A stretch of DNA of 64,000 nucleotides. Origin: an uncultured Acidobacteriota bacterium (GTDB lineage: Bacteria > Acidobacteriota > Thermoanaerobaculia > Gp7-AA8). The notes under the pieces were generated by a model. That model worked only from the letters and a program-made list of their open reading frames with translations. It did not search any database and was not told where the DNA came from. Positions 28,733-37,925 of the stretch are shown here, piece by piece. The stretch spans positions 352,001 through 416,000 of the forward strand of contig CAVUKB010000005.1 of assembly GCA_963741955.1 (NCBI GenBank), given 5' to 3'. Numbering within the stretch: position 1 is the stretch's first letter; each line of letters begins with the position of its first letter. The position numbers and the translations under genes were made by a program.

Positions 28733-30079
28733 TCAATACCGCGCCACCAGCGAGATCGAGGCCGTATCGACCGAGCGCGACGTGTCGTATGCCGCATCGA
28801 TCTGGAAGTGATCCATCGCGACTCCCAGGCCCACCGAGTAATGGTTCTCGGAGTCTGCACCCGGAAACAGAATCTTCGCTGCGACATTGTGCGGCGTCGT
28901 GAGCGGCCCGTTGAACGCGATGGAGTGGGCCGGATCGTGCCACCATCCCGCGCGAACCGCCACCGGAGTCGAAGTCGGGAGGAAGTACTCCGCGCCGAAG
29001 CGGATCTCGGTGCCGTCTTTCACACCGTATCCTCGAACCGCTTCGATCGCTCCCGGTTCGTCGGTCGCATATTCGATGACCGATACGAACTGGTCGGTGA
29101 GGTTCGAATACTTCACTCTGACCACGTCGGCATTCAACGTCAGCACGTCTACCGGACGCCAGGAAACTCCCACGCCCGCGGTGTCCGGGACATGAAACCG
29201 GGTGACCTTCACCAGGTCGAGCTGCACGTTCGACGGATCCGTCACCAGCGTCGCGAATACCGGCGCGGAGAAACTCGCGCCACGACGGTATATCGCACCC
29301 GCGCTGAGCTCACGGGAGAGGTCGACCTTCGCCCCCAGCATGAAAGTGACATCGGCGTTCTTGCGGTCGCCGGACATTCTCCCGCCGTTCATCTGAGCCA
29401 CGATGAATGTCGGTTGTCCCTCGACGTCCAGATCGGTGCGGTACGTGTACGCAATCTCACTCAACTGGTTGTAAGCGACACTTCCACCTAACGAGAGCCT
29501 TTCGGAGCGCCAGGCCGCACTCACCCCGAATGTTCGAAGATCGAGGTCGACTGCGGTGGAGTACGGATAAATACGGTAGGCCTGACATCCGGGGTCGTTC
29601 GCACACGCGTCCGCGGACACTGGACCGGATTCGCCGAGGTAGAACGAAGGCGTTCCGAAACGGTTGCTGAGATCGACGGAGTGAGAGAAATGGAGGGGAC
29701 GGTGGAAGTAGACGCCGTAAGCGGCGTTGCCGGCGGGAATCACCAGGCTGGCGAACGACAGGTCACGGCCGCGAGCCGGGAAATCCGCACTCGTGACGTA
29801 GGGAAATGTCCCACCGGTACGGAAACTCTGCGAGATGGACGTATCGCGCGCCTCGATCGAGATCTCCGGCTTGCGCAGCGCCGTGAGACCGGCCGGATTT
29901 CCCACCGCGGCAGAGGCGTCGTCGGCGCGGCCGATGAACGCTCCTCCCATGGCGAGCGCACGTGCTCCGGGATTGGCGAAGCTGAACTGGAGTCCGGCCA
30001 GAGCTTCGATGTCGTTGTTCTGCGCGAAGACGACCGGAGAGAGAGCCAGACAGGCGACGAATACCAGCGTTCTCTTCAT
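28733..30079 (-). CDS. FadL/Toluene_X-like outer membrane protein
   Basis: Signal peptide; NPGARALAMGGAF...DDASAAVGNPAGL; terminal aromatic residue. Confidence 0.82.
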   Translation of the reverse strand: MKRTLVFVACLALSPVVFAQNNDIEALAGLQFSFANPGARALAMGGAFIGRADDASAAVGNPAGLTALRKPEISIEARDTSISQSFRTGGTFPYVTSADFPARGRDLSFASLVIPAGNAAYGVYFHRPLHFSHSVDLSNRFGTPSFYLGESGPVSADACANDPGCQAYRIYPYSTAVDLDLRTFGVSAAWRSERLSLGGSVAYNQLSEIAYTYRTDLDVEGQPTFIVAQMNGGRMSGDRKNADVTFMLGAKVDLSRELSAGAIYRRGASFSAPVFATLVTDPSNVQLDLVKVTRFHVPDTAGVGVSWRPVDVLTLNADVVRVKYSNLTDQFVSVIEYATDEPGAIEAVRGYGVKDGTEIRFGAEYFLPTSTPVAVRAGWWHDPAHSIAFNGPLTTPHNVAAKILFPGADSENHYSVGLGVAMDHFQIDAAYDTSRSVDTASISLVARY

Positions 30080-30406
30080 CTCACGACTCCTCCGTTCTGA
30101 GAAAGAGTAGCGAGACCGTGCCGGTGGGATCTGTGACGAAAGGCCGGTGCCGGTGTGACCCCCTCCGCGCTCCAGTATCGGAAGGATACGACGCTCGCGC
30201 GCCGGCCGATCCGAATCGCCTGATCGGATGGGGATGGGTGGTCGCGTCGATGCGCAACTTCGAAAGCCAGTTCGATGACCAATGGCTCGCCGCGGTCGGC
30301 GCAACACCCCTGGAAGAAAGGTTCGTCTGGTATGCGCGCGATGTGGATGCGCTGGCGATCAGCTTCGATCCGTGCCGCTGAGCACCCACATCTCGCGCCT
30401 GCCTGC

Positions 30407-31636
30407 TCAGCGCCCGCGCCGGCGATTCTCGCGCTGCGGCCGGCGTGGCCGCGGGGGGGCGGCAGGACGCCGGAACGGAACGACCACCGAGGTCGATGAC
30501 GGGGCCGAAGGACGAACCATGATCCCTGCGACTACCTTCTTCGGAATTCCGCGCCTGAGGAACTTCTCGAGCGTGCGGAGATTCTCTTCGTCATCAGCGG
30601 TGACGAAGCTCAGCGCATCACCGATGGCGTGCGCCCGGCCGGTACGACCGATGCGATGGACGTAGTCCTCCGGCTGCGGCGGAAAGTCGTAGTTGACTAC
30701 ATGCGAGATGCCGTCGACGTCGATTCCACGCGCCGCGATGTCCGTCGCCACGAGGACGCGGACCGCACCGGAACGAAACTTCTTCAGGGCCTGCAGGCGC
30801 TGACCCTGGGTGCGGTTCGAATGGAGCGTCGCCGTGGTGATTCGGGCCTGCTCGAGCTTCCGCGCGATCTTGTCGGCGCCATGCTTGGTCCGCGAGAAAA
30901 CCAGGACCATCTCCAGCGCTTCATCGCGGAGAAGGTGGATCAGCATCTCGATCTTCTGCTCCTTCGAAACGTGGATCACGTGCTGGCTCACCGCCTCGGC
31001 GGGCGTGGAGCGGCGGCCGATCTCGACCGTCACCGGATTGTGGACGAACTCCGCGGCGATGCTCTCGATCTCTTTCGACATCGTGGCGGAGAAGAGAAGG
31101 CCCTGTCGCTTCTTCGGGAGCGCCTGAACGATCCTGCGGATCGGCGGAAGAAAGCCCATGTCGAGCATCCGGTCCGCTTCGTCGAGCACGACGAACTGCA
31201 GGTCGGCAAACGAGACGTGACCCTGCTGCATCAGGTCGATCAGCCGGCCCGGCGTTGCGACCACCAGGTCGACTCCGCGCCGGAGGGCAGCGATCTGCGG
31301 ACGCTCGCCGACGCCGCCGTAGACGGTGGCGAAGCGGAGCGATAGATGGCGCGCATAGTTCCGGACGTTCTCGTCGATCTGGGTGACCAGCTCGCGCGTC
31401 GGCGCGATGACCAGCGCGCGCATTCCGCGGCGCGATGGCGTACGGGAGAGGTGTTCGAGCATCGGGAGGACGAACGCGGCCGTCTTTCCGGTGCCGGTCT
31501 GGGCGACTCCGACGACGTCACGTCCTTCGAGAATGGGGGGAATGGCTTTCGCCTGGATCGGCGTCGGTTCGACGTATCCGGCGTCCTGGACTGCGCGGAT
31601 GAGTTTCGGCCCGAGGCCGAGCGATTGAAATGGCAT
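30407..31636 (-). CDS. DEAD-box RNA helicase (RhlE-like)
   Basis: PTPIQ, GTGKT, PTREL, DEAD, SAT, HRIGRTGRA. Confidence 0.95.
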   Translation of the reverse strand: MPFQSLGLGPKLIRAVQDAGYVEPTPIQAKAIPPILEGRDVVGVAQTGTGKTAAFVLPMLEHLSRTPSRRGMRALVIAPTRELVTQIDENVRNYARHLSLRFATVYGGVGERPQIAALRRGVDLVVATPGRLIDLMQQGHVSFADLQFVVLDEADRMLDMGFLPPIRRIVQALPKKRQGLLFSATMSKEIESIAAEFVHNPVTVEIGRRSTPAEAVSQHVIHVSKEQKIEMLIHLLRDEALEMVLVFSRTKHGADKIARKLEQARITTATLHSNRTQGQRLQALKKFRSGAVRVLVATDIAARGIDVDGISHVVNYDFPPQPEDYVHRIGRTGRAHAIGDALSFVTADDEENLRTLEKFLRRGIPKKVVAGIMVRPSAPSSTSVVVPFRRPAAPPRPRRPQRENRRRGR

Positions 31637-31829
31637 TGCAGAGCTCCTGTCTTTTGATATGGATCAACTCTGCAGCGGATTTCAGTGGCCGCGAGCTGTG
31701 CGGCCCGGCGGGCTAACAGCAGAACAGAGGTGAGACGAAGGTGGGAACGCGGGCCGCCCCTGATTTATTCGCGCCCCTCCCCTCGGCGGCCCCTGTTGCT
31801 GCTCTGCAGCCGATTCGAGGCCCGGCCGG

Positions 31830-33290
31830 TCAGATGTCGCGGATCCGATCGAGCGTGACCGGGCGGACATAGGAGCCGAGAAGCGTGCGGATCCACCACG
31901 CGCCGCTCTCCTTCTTTTCCTCCCGGGTCGTGAAACGGTATTCGTAATAGAGCGCGCGCACGTGTCGCGGCGGCGTCCCCTCGAATGGATCGTGACGGAT
32001 CAGAGCCAGCGCCGCGCGGTCTCCTTCGAGCAATTTCCGGAGGAAGCGTACGAACCAGACCTCGTGGGCGGGAACCGCGATCCCGCCCGGGGTCACGGTA
32101 ACCGAGAACGGAAGAAACCACATCAACCAGTCGAGGCGGAGGTGCCACGGAGCGAACTGCGGCGGCATCCGCTGCGGGTCGCCCGGCTTCGCTTTGAATT
32201 CGTACTCGCGCCACTCCGTCCGCTCGGTGATCTCCTGGTCCAGCGTCCCCTCGACCACCACCTCGTAGCGCTTCTTCGTCACCGTCCCGAACGCGCCGTA
32301 CGTGTTCACCAGATGAAGCGGATTGAAACTCGAATTCATCCGCTGGTAGCGCGAGAAAATGTTCACCACCGGCTGAATGCTGAGCAGAAGAGTCACGCCC
32401 GCAAGAACGTACAGAACCACATCGAAGGCGAGACCTCGGGGCTGAGTCATCGGAATGGCTCCGCCGAAGATCGCCAGGAAAACCTGGTCACTGAACGCGG
32501 TGACTCCCAGAAGCACGGTGAGCCAGTTGAGCCACGAGTAGTTGCCGCTGACGATCAGCAGGAGCTGGTGGAGCACGATCAGCGCTCCGGCGATCGACGC
32601 ATAGGGCTGCGGGGCGAAAAGAGCGAACGGCACGACGATCTGGACGAAATGGCTGAAGAGAACCGAAAAGCGCTGCATCGGCCACGGGATGTGGTGGAAG
32701 GCGCGGCTCAATGGATTCGGGAGTGGCTGGGTCTCGTAGTGATAGTAGAGGCAGGTCAGGTCGCGCCAGCAACGGTCGCCTCTCATCTTGATCAGCCCGG
32801 CGCCCACCTCCGTGCGGAACAGCATCCACCGCAGAATCAGCACGGGGATCAGCGGCGCCGCCATCCACCCCGGTCCCATGAAGATGGTGAAGAATCCCGC
32901 CTCCAGGAGCATCGTCTCCCACCCGAACGCATAGAACGTCTGGCCCACGTTGACGATCGACAGATACAGCACCCACAGGAGAATCCAGGGCACGAACGAG
33001 AGCCACGCCGGCCCGAGCGACGAGATGCCGCTGAGAACGACGATCGACAGAACGACACCCGCGAGAGCGACGGCACGAAGAAAGCGATCGGAGTAGTGCC
33101 AGAGGAAGATGCTCGGCGTGTCCCGAAAACGCACCCGGCTCGCGAATCGCGGCACCGGGAGGAGACCTCGTTCTCCCAGAAGCGGAGGGAATTGAAACAG
33201 CGCGGCCAGGAACGCGATCAGATAGAGCGCCCCGAGACCACGCTCGAAGAGCAGACACACGAGCCAGACGCTGCCGAAGTACCAATCCAT
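31830..33290 (-). CDS. Lipase maturation factor family protein
   Basis: FGWETMLLEAGF, HYETQPLPNP, GNYSWLNWL, TYGAFG, RLDWLMWF. Confidence 0.92.
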   Translation of the reverse strand: MDWYFGSVWLVCLLFERGLGALYLIAFLAALFQFPPLLGERGLLPVPRFASRVRFRDTPSIFLWHYSDRFLRAVALAGVVLSIVVLSGISSLGPAWLSFVPWILLWVLYLSIVNVGQTFYAFGWETMLLEAGFFTIFMGPGWMAAPLIPVLILRWMLFRTEVGAGLIKMRGDRCWRDLTCLYYHYETQPLPNPLSRAFHHIPWPMQRFSVLFSHFVQIVVPFALFAPQPYASIAGALIVLHQLLLIVSGNYSWLNWLTVLLGVTAFSDQVFLAIFGGAIPMTQPRGLAFDVVLYVLAGVTLLLSIQPVVNIFSRYQRMNSSFNPLHLVNTYGAFGTVTKKRYEVVVEGTLDQEITERTEWREYEFKAKPGDPQRMPPQFAPWHLRLDWLMWFLPFSVTVTPGGIAVPAHEVWFVRFLRKLLEGDRAALALIRHDPFEGTPPRHVRALYYEYRFTTREEKKESGAWWIRTLLGSYVRPVTLDRIRDI

Positions 33291-33394
33291 CACAATCGCT
33301 CCACTCCGTGCACGAGATGCACGAGCCGTGCGGGGCTGCAGCGATCAGAATCGCCTCCCGGGAGCTGGCCGGTCAATGCTCCTGCGCTTCGCTC

Positions 33395-34177
33395 TCAGGC
33401 TTCGCTCATCGGATGGACTCTCCCCCACAGCCCGGCAAGACCTCTCCGTCCGAGGAACAGCGAAACGCCGATGATGCTCTGGACCACGGTAACGGTCGCG
33501 GTGCGGAGGAACGTCTCGCTGTGAAGAAGCCCGGTCGACCGGAGAGAGTACGCCTCCCCCCACGACTGGCGGACCAGTTCAACGACCAGCGCAGTGGCAT
33601 TGGGGACGGCCGACAGGACGAACCAGACTCCCATCAGACCGAGAGCGAGGCCCATGAAAGCGCTCGATCCATCGTCTCGATCGCCCGGCGTGAACATCCG
33701 TTCGGAGATGCTCCGACTCCGGCTGATGAGAATCAATGCCGCGAGGAACAGCAAGGCGTCCGGGACGACTCCGGAGAGGAGGGGGCCATAGTGCGCCAGC
33801 ACCGAGTCGGCGCGTGGCGCCGAAGAGAAACTTCGCAGTCGCATCAACAATCCGAAGGCGCTCAGAAGGACGAAGAGACCGAGTATTTTCACCGCGAGGT
33901 CGGCAAACGTCGCGGTGGAGACGATCTGATCGGGATCTCCGTCGAAGAGGAACGAAGCCACCCGTTTGCGCCGAAATGCGAGAAACAACCCCACCGCGAC
34001 GATGAAGGCGAACGGCAGAATCGCGACCGCCACTATCCAGACACCGTTGCGCGATCCCTCTGCGGACGCAGCCGAGATGACGAAGCTCATCATGGCAGAG
34101 ATCCAGACGATTCCGCGGAAGGTGAGAAAACAGGCCGCGAGCCAGACGACGAGCTCGTACATTTCGCGTCGGGTCAT
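33395..34177 (-). CDS. Hypothetical multi-pass membrane protein
   Basis: About 6 TM segments; start codon uncertain. Confidence 0.65.
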   Translation of the reverse strand: MTRREMYELVVWLAACFLTFRGIVWISAMMSFVISAASAEGSRNGVWIVAVAILPFAFIVAVGLFLAFRRKRVASFLFDGDPDQIVSTATFADLAVKILGLFVLLSAFGLLMRLRSFSSAPRADSVLAHYGPLLSGVVPDALLFLAALILISRSRSISERMFTPGDRDDGSSAFMGLALGLMGVWFVLSAVPNATALVVELVRQSWGEAYSLRSTGLLHSETFLRTATVTVVQSIIGVSLFLGRRGLAGLWGRVHPMSEA

Positions 34178-34271
34178 CTTCAATACCCCCCCTTCGCCAT
34201 TCTAGCCCCCATGGCCCGAACTCAAGGGGCACTGTGGGTGTTCACAGAGACGCTGCGCGGAGTTACTGCGC

Positions 34272-34322
34272 ATGCAAGGCGCGCCCGGCTTCGGCAACGA
34301 AGGCATAGTGGTGACGATGTCG
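34272..34322 (+). repeat. Internal fragment of MITE B
   Basis: 47/51 match to 1467-1517. Confidence 0.8.
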
Positions 34323-34438
34323 CGAGTGAAGAATCGTTCCCGGCGAGCGATCCACGGTAGCGGATCCCGAAGCAGCAATCTCTTTCGCTGAATCCGGACC
34401 CACTCACGAGACTCTGGACCATATGATGGTTGAGAATC

Positions 34439-34618
34439 TCACATCCCAGGAGAGGGGCCGTACATCAGGAGGATCATCAGGATGATCGCGATGCCGAACG
34501 CGACGCCGAAGACGAGCCTGCTGGTGATGGCGGTCGTGCGCGAGACCCGGCCGAGGCCGGTCATGCCGGCTACGAGTGCGACGAGAAGGGCGAGCATCGC
34601 GCCCCATAGAAGTGTCAT
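34439..34618 (-). CDS. 59-aa membrane protein, DUF1328/UPF0391-like (not in the ORF track)
   Basis: MTLLWGAMLALLVALVAGMTGLGRVSRTTAITSRLVFGVAFGIAIILMILLMYGPSPGM. Confidence 0.6.
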   Translation of the reverse strand: MTLLWGAMLALLVALVAGMTGLGRVSRTTAITSRLVFGVAFGIAIILMILLMYGPSPGM

Positions 34619-34630
34619 GGAATCAGTCTG

Positions 34631-34646
34631 AGCAAGTTGCGATCCA
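34631..34646 (-). promoter_or_regulatory. Possible sigma54 promoter
   Basis: TGGATCGCAACTTGCT (GG-N10-GC). Confidence 0.45.
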
Positions 34647-34709
34647 GGATGCCGGACGAGACGGATGCGCCTCGTCCGGCATCGGGTGTGATTGCGTTAC
34701 CTCGAGTGG

Positions 34710-34961
34710 CTACCGGCCGCGATTGCGTTCGTCGCGCTCTTCCCGCGACTCACCCGCGATCTCTTCTCTCTGCTCGCGATCGCGGTTCAGAGAACCGGAG
34801 GGGTCTCCGCCCCATCCGACGCGCGACGAGTCGGGTGTCTTCCGCAGCGTTTCGCGCGTTTCGCGGTCGGGACTGCGGTCGTGCTCGCGTGCGAGCTCTT
34901 CGGAACGGCGTTCCGCATCGGTTCGCTGTGAATCATCTTTCGATCGATTGGATCGGTGCAT
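34710..34961 (-). CDS. 83-aa highly charged hypothetical protein
   Basis: AAGGAGG RBS before the ATG; R/E/D/S-rich. Confidence 0.65.
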   Translation of the reverse strand: MHRSNRSKDDSQRTDAERRSEELAREHDRSPDRETRETLRKTPDSSRVGWGGDPSGSLNRDREQREEIAGESREERDERNRGR

Positions 34962-35001
34962 TGCATCCTCCTTCCAGGTGTGTGATGCAGAAATAGTTAT
35001 T

Positions 35002-35017
35002 TGCAATTATTGAACCA
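35002..35017 (-). promoter_or_regulatory. Possible sigma54 promoter
   Basis: TGGTTCAATAATTGCA (GG-N10-GC). Confidence 0.45.
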
Positions 35018-35115
35018 GAAAGAGGGGCATCAGAAGGCGGAAATCGCGAGCTCGACTGGAAGGTGGTTCGGGGACCGAATCCGAGGATCCGGTCCCCTCT
35101 CGAAGTTCGAGATCC

Positions 35116-37137
35116 TTACGGATGGTAGTCCGCGTACTCCTTCGTCCCACCCATGATCCAGCGGTCGAACCACCAGAGGTTCCGGCGCGCCGCATCGATT
35201 CGGAGAAGCGGCTCCTGCGGGGTGTGCGGCGATCGCGGATACATCACCATCACAGTCGGCACACCCAGATCCTGAAGAGCGCGATGGAGCATCTCTGCCT
35301 GGTTCGGAGGGACCCGGATGTCGTTCGTCCCCTGCTGGATCAGCGAAGGCGTCTTCGCATGCGCAATGTGCCACATGGGGCTGTGCGCCTGCATCAGCTC
35401 GGGTGCGAAGTACGGGAGGGTTCCGAAGTAACTGGGGATGAAGCCGGGAATGTCGGTCGTACCGTGGAAGCTGAGGAGATCGACGACCGGCGCGCCGATG
35501 CTCGCCGCGACGAAACGATCGGTCTGCGTGATCGTCCACGCGCTCATGAAACCGCCGTAGCTCCATCCCATGATGCCGAGACGTTTCGGGTCGGCGATTC
35601 CTTCGCGGATGAGCTCATCGACTCCCGACTGGATGTCGAGGTAATCCATTCCGCCCCAGTCCGCCTGATTCCCCTTCCGGTACGCGAGAGGGTACGAGCC
35701 CGTCCCGCGCGGGTTCGGCCGGAAGACCGCGTAGCCCTTCGACGCGAAGATCTGCGGGACGTAGATATAGGAGAGATAGCCGAGAAACTCCTGGTCGAAA
35801 TGACTGGCGGGACCGCCGTGCGCGAAGGTGAGAAGAGGAACCTTCTCCCCTTTCACGTACCCGATCGGAAGGGTGAGCAGCCCTTCGATGGTGAGTCCGT
35901 CCTTCGGATTCTTCCAGTGGATGAGCCGCGTCTCGCCGAGTGCTCGATCGCGGTACGCCGCGTTGTGATCGGTGAGGCGGCGCGGTGAGTACTTCGAGAG
36001 CGAAGAGACATAGAGCTCGGGAGGAGTGGTCAGAGTCTGGTACGTGAATGCGGTGAGATCGTGCCTCGAATCGAACGCCGCCGCGTCGACCACGCCCTGT
36101 ACGTCGGTCAGCGGATGGAAGCCGGTGCCGTCCGCGCGGACGGAGAAGATCTGCCCGGTCGTCCCTTCTGCTCCGTCGAACCAGATGGAACGGCTGTCGC
36201 TGCTCCAGGCGAAATGGCCGGCGTTGCGCTCGAAGTCTCGAGTGACGACCCGCGGCTCGCCGCCGCTGATCGGAACGACGGCCAGGAGCGCGGGGGCGTT
36301 CCACTCCATCGCGCCGGATCCGGTGACGAATGCGACCAGCCGGCCATCGGGGGAGACTCTCGGAGCGGCGTCGATCCCGCTCCGCACCACCAGCGGGGTC
36401 ACGTCTCCACCTGAAACATCGACGGTGAAGAGATCGGTGTGGAAGTACCCTTCGAGCCCCGAGTCGGCACGGCTGATCACGAACCTCTTCCCGTCGGGCG
36501 TCCAGTCGTAACTGCTGATCGCGAACTCCCCGGTCGTGACCTGTCGCGCCTCCCCACTCTTCACGTTCACCACCCATAGGTGCTGCCGGTGCGGCTGGTC
36601 GTAGAGGTACGCGTCGTCACGTTTCTTCTCCCGATCCCTCTCGGCCGGGCTCTTCGGCTCTCTCATCAGGAACGCGATCGACGATCCGTCCGGCGACCAC
36701 GTCGGGTCGCTGACCGCGGCTGGTTGAGACGTCAGTTTCCACGCCTCGCCGCCGGCGGGATGGATCAGCCACACCTGCGTCGAGCCGTCACGGTCGGAGA
36801 GGAAGGCGATCGTCTTTCCGTCGGGCGACCACTGCGGGTTGGTGTCGTGTGCAGGGTTGCGAACCAGATGGACGTCATTTCCGCTCGCCACGCCGACAAC
36901 CCAGATGTCTTCGTCATAGACGCTCCGCTCGAGATCTGCGGTTCGAAGAACGTACGCCACGGTGCGGCCATCCGGCGAGATCGACGTCGAGGAGAACACC
37001 GGCATGGTGACGTAGTCCTCGACCGTCAGAGGGGCGGCGCCGAAGAGCGGCAGCGCGAGGAGGAGAAGCAGAGGCGAGAGACGAGAGGCGAGAGACGAGA
37101 GGCGAGAGGGGAACCAGGTTCGGGTCGTGATGTTCAT
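35116..37137 (-). CDS. S9 family peptidase (beta-propeller + hydrolase), exported
   Basis: WSPDG repeats, HGGP, NPRGTG, GWSYGG, DIRVP, SPH. Confidence 0.92.
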   Translation of the reverse strand: MNITTRTWFPSRLSSLASRLSPLLLLLALPLFGAAPLTVEDYVTMPVFSSTSISPDGRTVAYVLRTADLERSVYDEDIWVVGVASGNDVHLVRNPAHDTNPQWSPDGKTIAFLSDRDGSTQVWLIHPAGGEAWKLTSQPAAVSDPTWSPDGSSIAFLMREPKSPAERDREKKRDDAYLYDQPHRQHLWVVNVKSGEARQVTTGEFAISSYDWTPDGKRFVISRADSGLEGYFHTDLFTVDVSGGDVTPLVVRSGIDAAPRVSPDGRLVAFVTGSGAMEWNAPALLAVVPISGGEPRVVTRDFERNAGHFAWSSDSRSIWFDGAEGTTGQIFSVRADGTGFHPLTDVQGVVDAAAFDSRHDLTAFTYQTLTTPPELYVSSLSKYSPRRLTDHNAAYRDRALGETRLIHWKNPKDGLTIEGLLTLPIGYVKGEKVPLLTFAHGGPASHFDQEFLGYLSYIYVPQIFASKGYAVFRPNPRGTGSYPLAYRKGNQADWGGMDYLDIQSGVDELIREGIADPKRLGIMGWSYGGFMSAWTITQTDRFVAASIGAPVVDLLSFHGTTDIPGFIPSYFGTLPYFAPELMQAHSPMWHIAHAKTPSLIQQGTNDIRVPPNQAEMLHRALQDLGVPTVMVMYPRSPHTPQEPLLRIDAARRNLWWFDRWIMGGTKEYADYHP

Positions 37138-37200
37138 GCGCGGAAGTCTATCAAGAGAGGCGAGAGGCGAGAGGATTGTTCTCTCAGCAGGATCACGCCA

Positions 37201-37254
37201 CTTGTCGGACCTGTCGGACCTGTCAGACCTGTCAGACCTGTCAGACCTGTCGGA
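37201..37254. repeat. 9-mer tandem repeat (CCTGTCRGA)x6
   Basis: Read directly from the sequence; first unit is CTTGTCGGA. Confidence 0.95.
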
Positions 37255-37268
37255 CGGTACGCCGAGTG

Positions 37269-37345
37269 CTCGCCTCTCGCCCCTCGCCTCTCGCCCCTCG
37301 CCCCTCGCCTCTCGCCTCTCGCCCCTCGCCTCTCGCCCCTCGCCT
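37269..37345. repeat. 7-mer tandem repeat (CTCGCCY)x11
   Basis: Read directly; inverted copies at 37071-37108 and 37156-37172. Confidence 0.95.
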
Positions 37346-37346
37346 C

Positions 37347-37925
37347 TCACAACACCCGGTGCACCACATCCATCATCGCCTTCACCATCCTTCCGGTGAG
37401 GCCCCAGATCTCCAGATCTCCGTGCACGTAGAAATAGCTCGGGTATTTGCGGGCCTGGTATTCGACGTAGCGGATCTCCGGATTCGGAGGCGACAGGAGA
37501 ACCGAGATCGGTACCTCGTACGTCTCGACGACTTCGCTCTCCTGCAGGACGTACTCGAGATCGGGTGGGATGATGCCGATGAAGGGCGCGACGATGAATC
37601 CCGTCCTTGCGTGGAGATCGTCCAGCCGCCCGATCAGACGGATCGCATCGCGAGGAATGCCGACCTCCTCTTCCGTCTCCCGCACCGCCGTCTCTTCCAG
37701 CGTTTCGCCGGCCTCGGCGGCACCACCGGGAAATGCCACCTGCCCGCGGTGAAGAGCGAGCGACTCGGAGCGGCGCACGAAGAGAAGTGACCATCCGTCG
37801 CGCCGCGGGATCAGCGGAGCGACCACGCATGCGCGGCGGAGCTTTCCGACGCTCATCTCGTCCGCGGGACGGGTTGCGAGGAGAGCCTCCAGACGCTCAG
37901 CGGTGTCGTCGTCGAAGCGGATCAC
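37347..37925 (-). CDS. Nudix hydrolase, CoA pyrophosphatase type
   Basis: HRGQVAFPGG...AVRETEEEVG; IWGLTG. Confidence 0.92.
   Translation of the reverse strand: MIRFDDDTAERLEALLATRPADEMSVGKLRRACVVAPLIPRRDGWSLLFVRRSESLALHRGQVAFPGGAAEAGETLEETAVRETEEEVGIPRDAIRLIGRLDDLHARTGFIVAPFIGIIPPDLEYVLQESEVVETYEVPISVLLSPPNPEIRYVEYQARKYPSYFYVHGDLEIWGLTGRMVKAMMDVVHRVL

Noticed and set aside
30118-30381. 87-aa ORF with a protein-like C-terminal half
   Set aside because: No RBS or recognisable family; possibly a gene remnant, but unsupported
37201-37345. Repeat arrays as CRISPR (also 49624-49875 and 55261-55383)
   Set aside because: Units are 7-11 bp in tandem with no unique spacers, and there are no cas genes
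35116-37830. 904-aa ORF as a single protein
   Set aside because: The N-terminal part overlaps the Nudix gene in another frame and translates the tandem repeats; the peptidase starts near 37137
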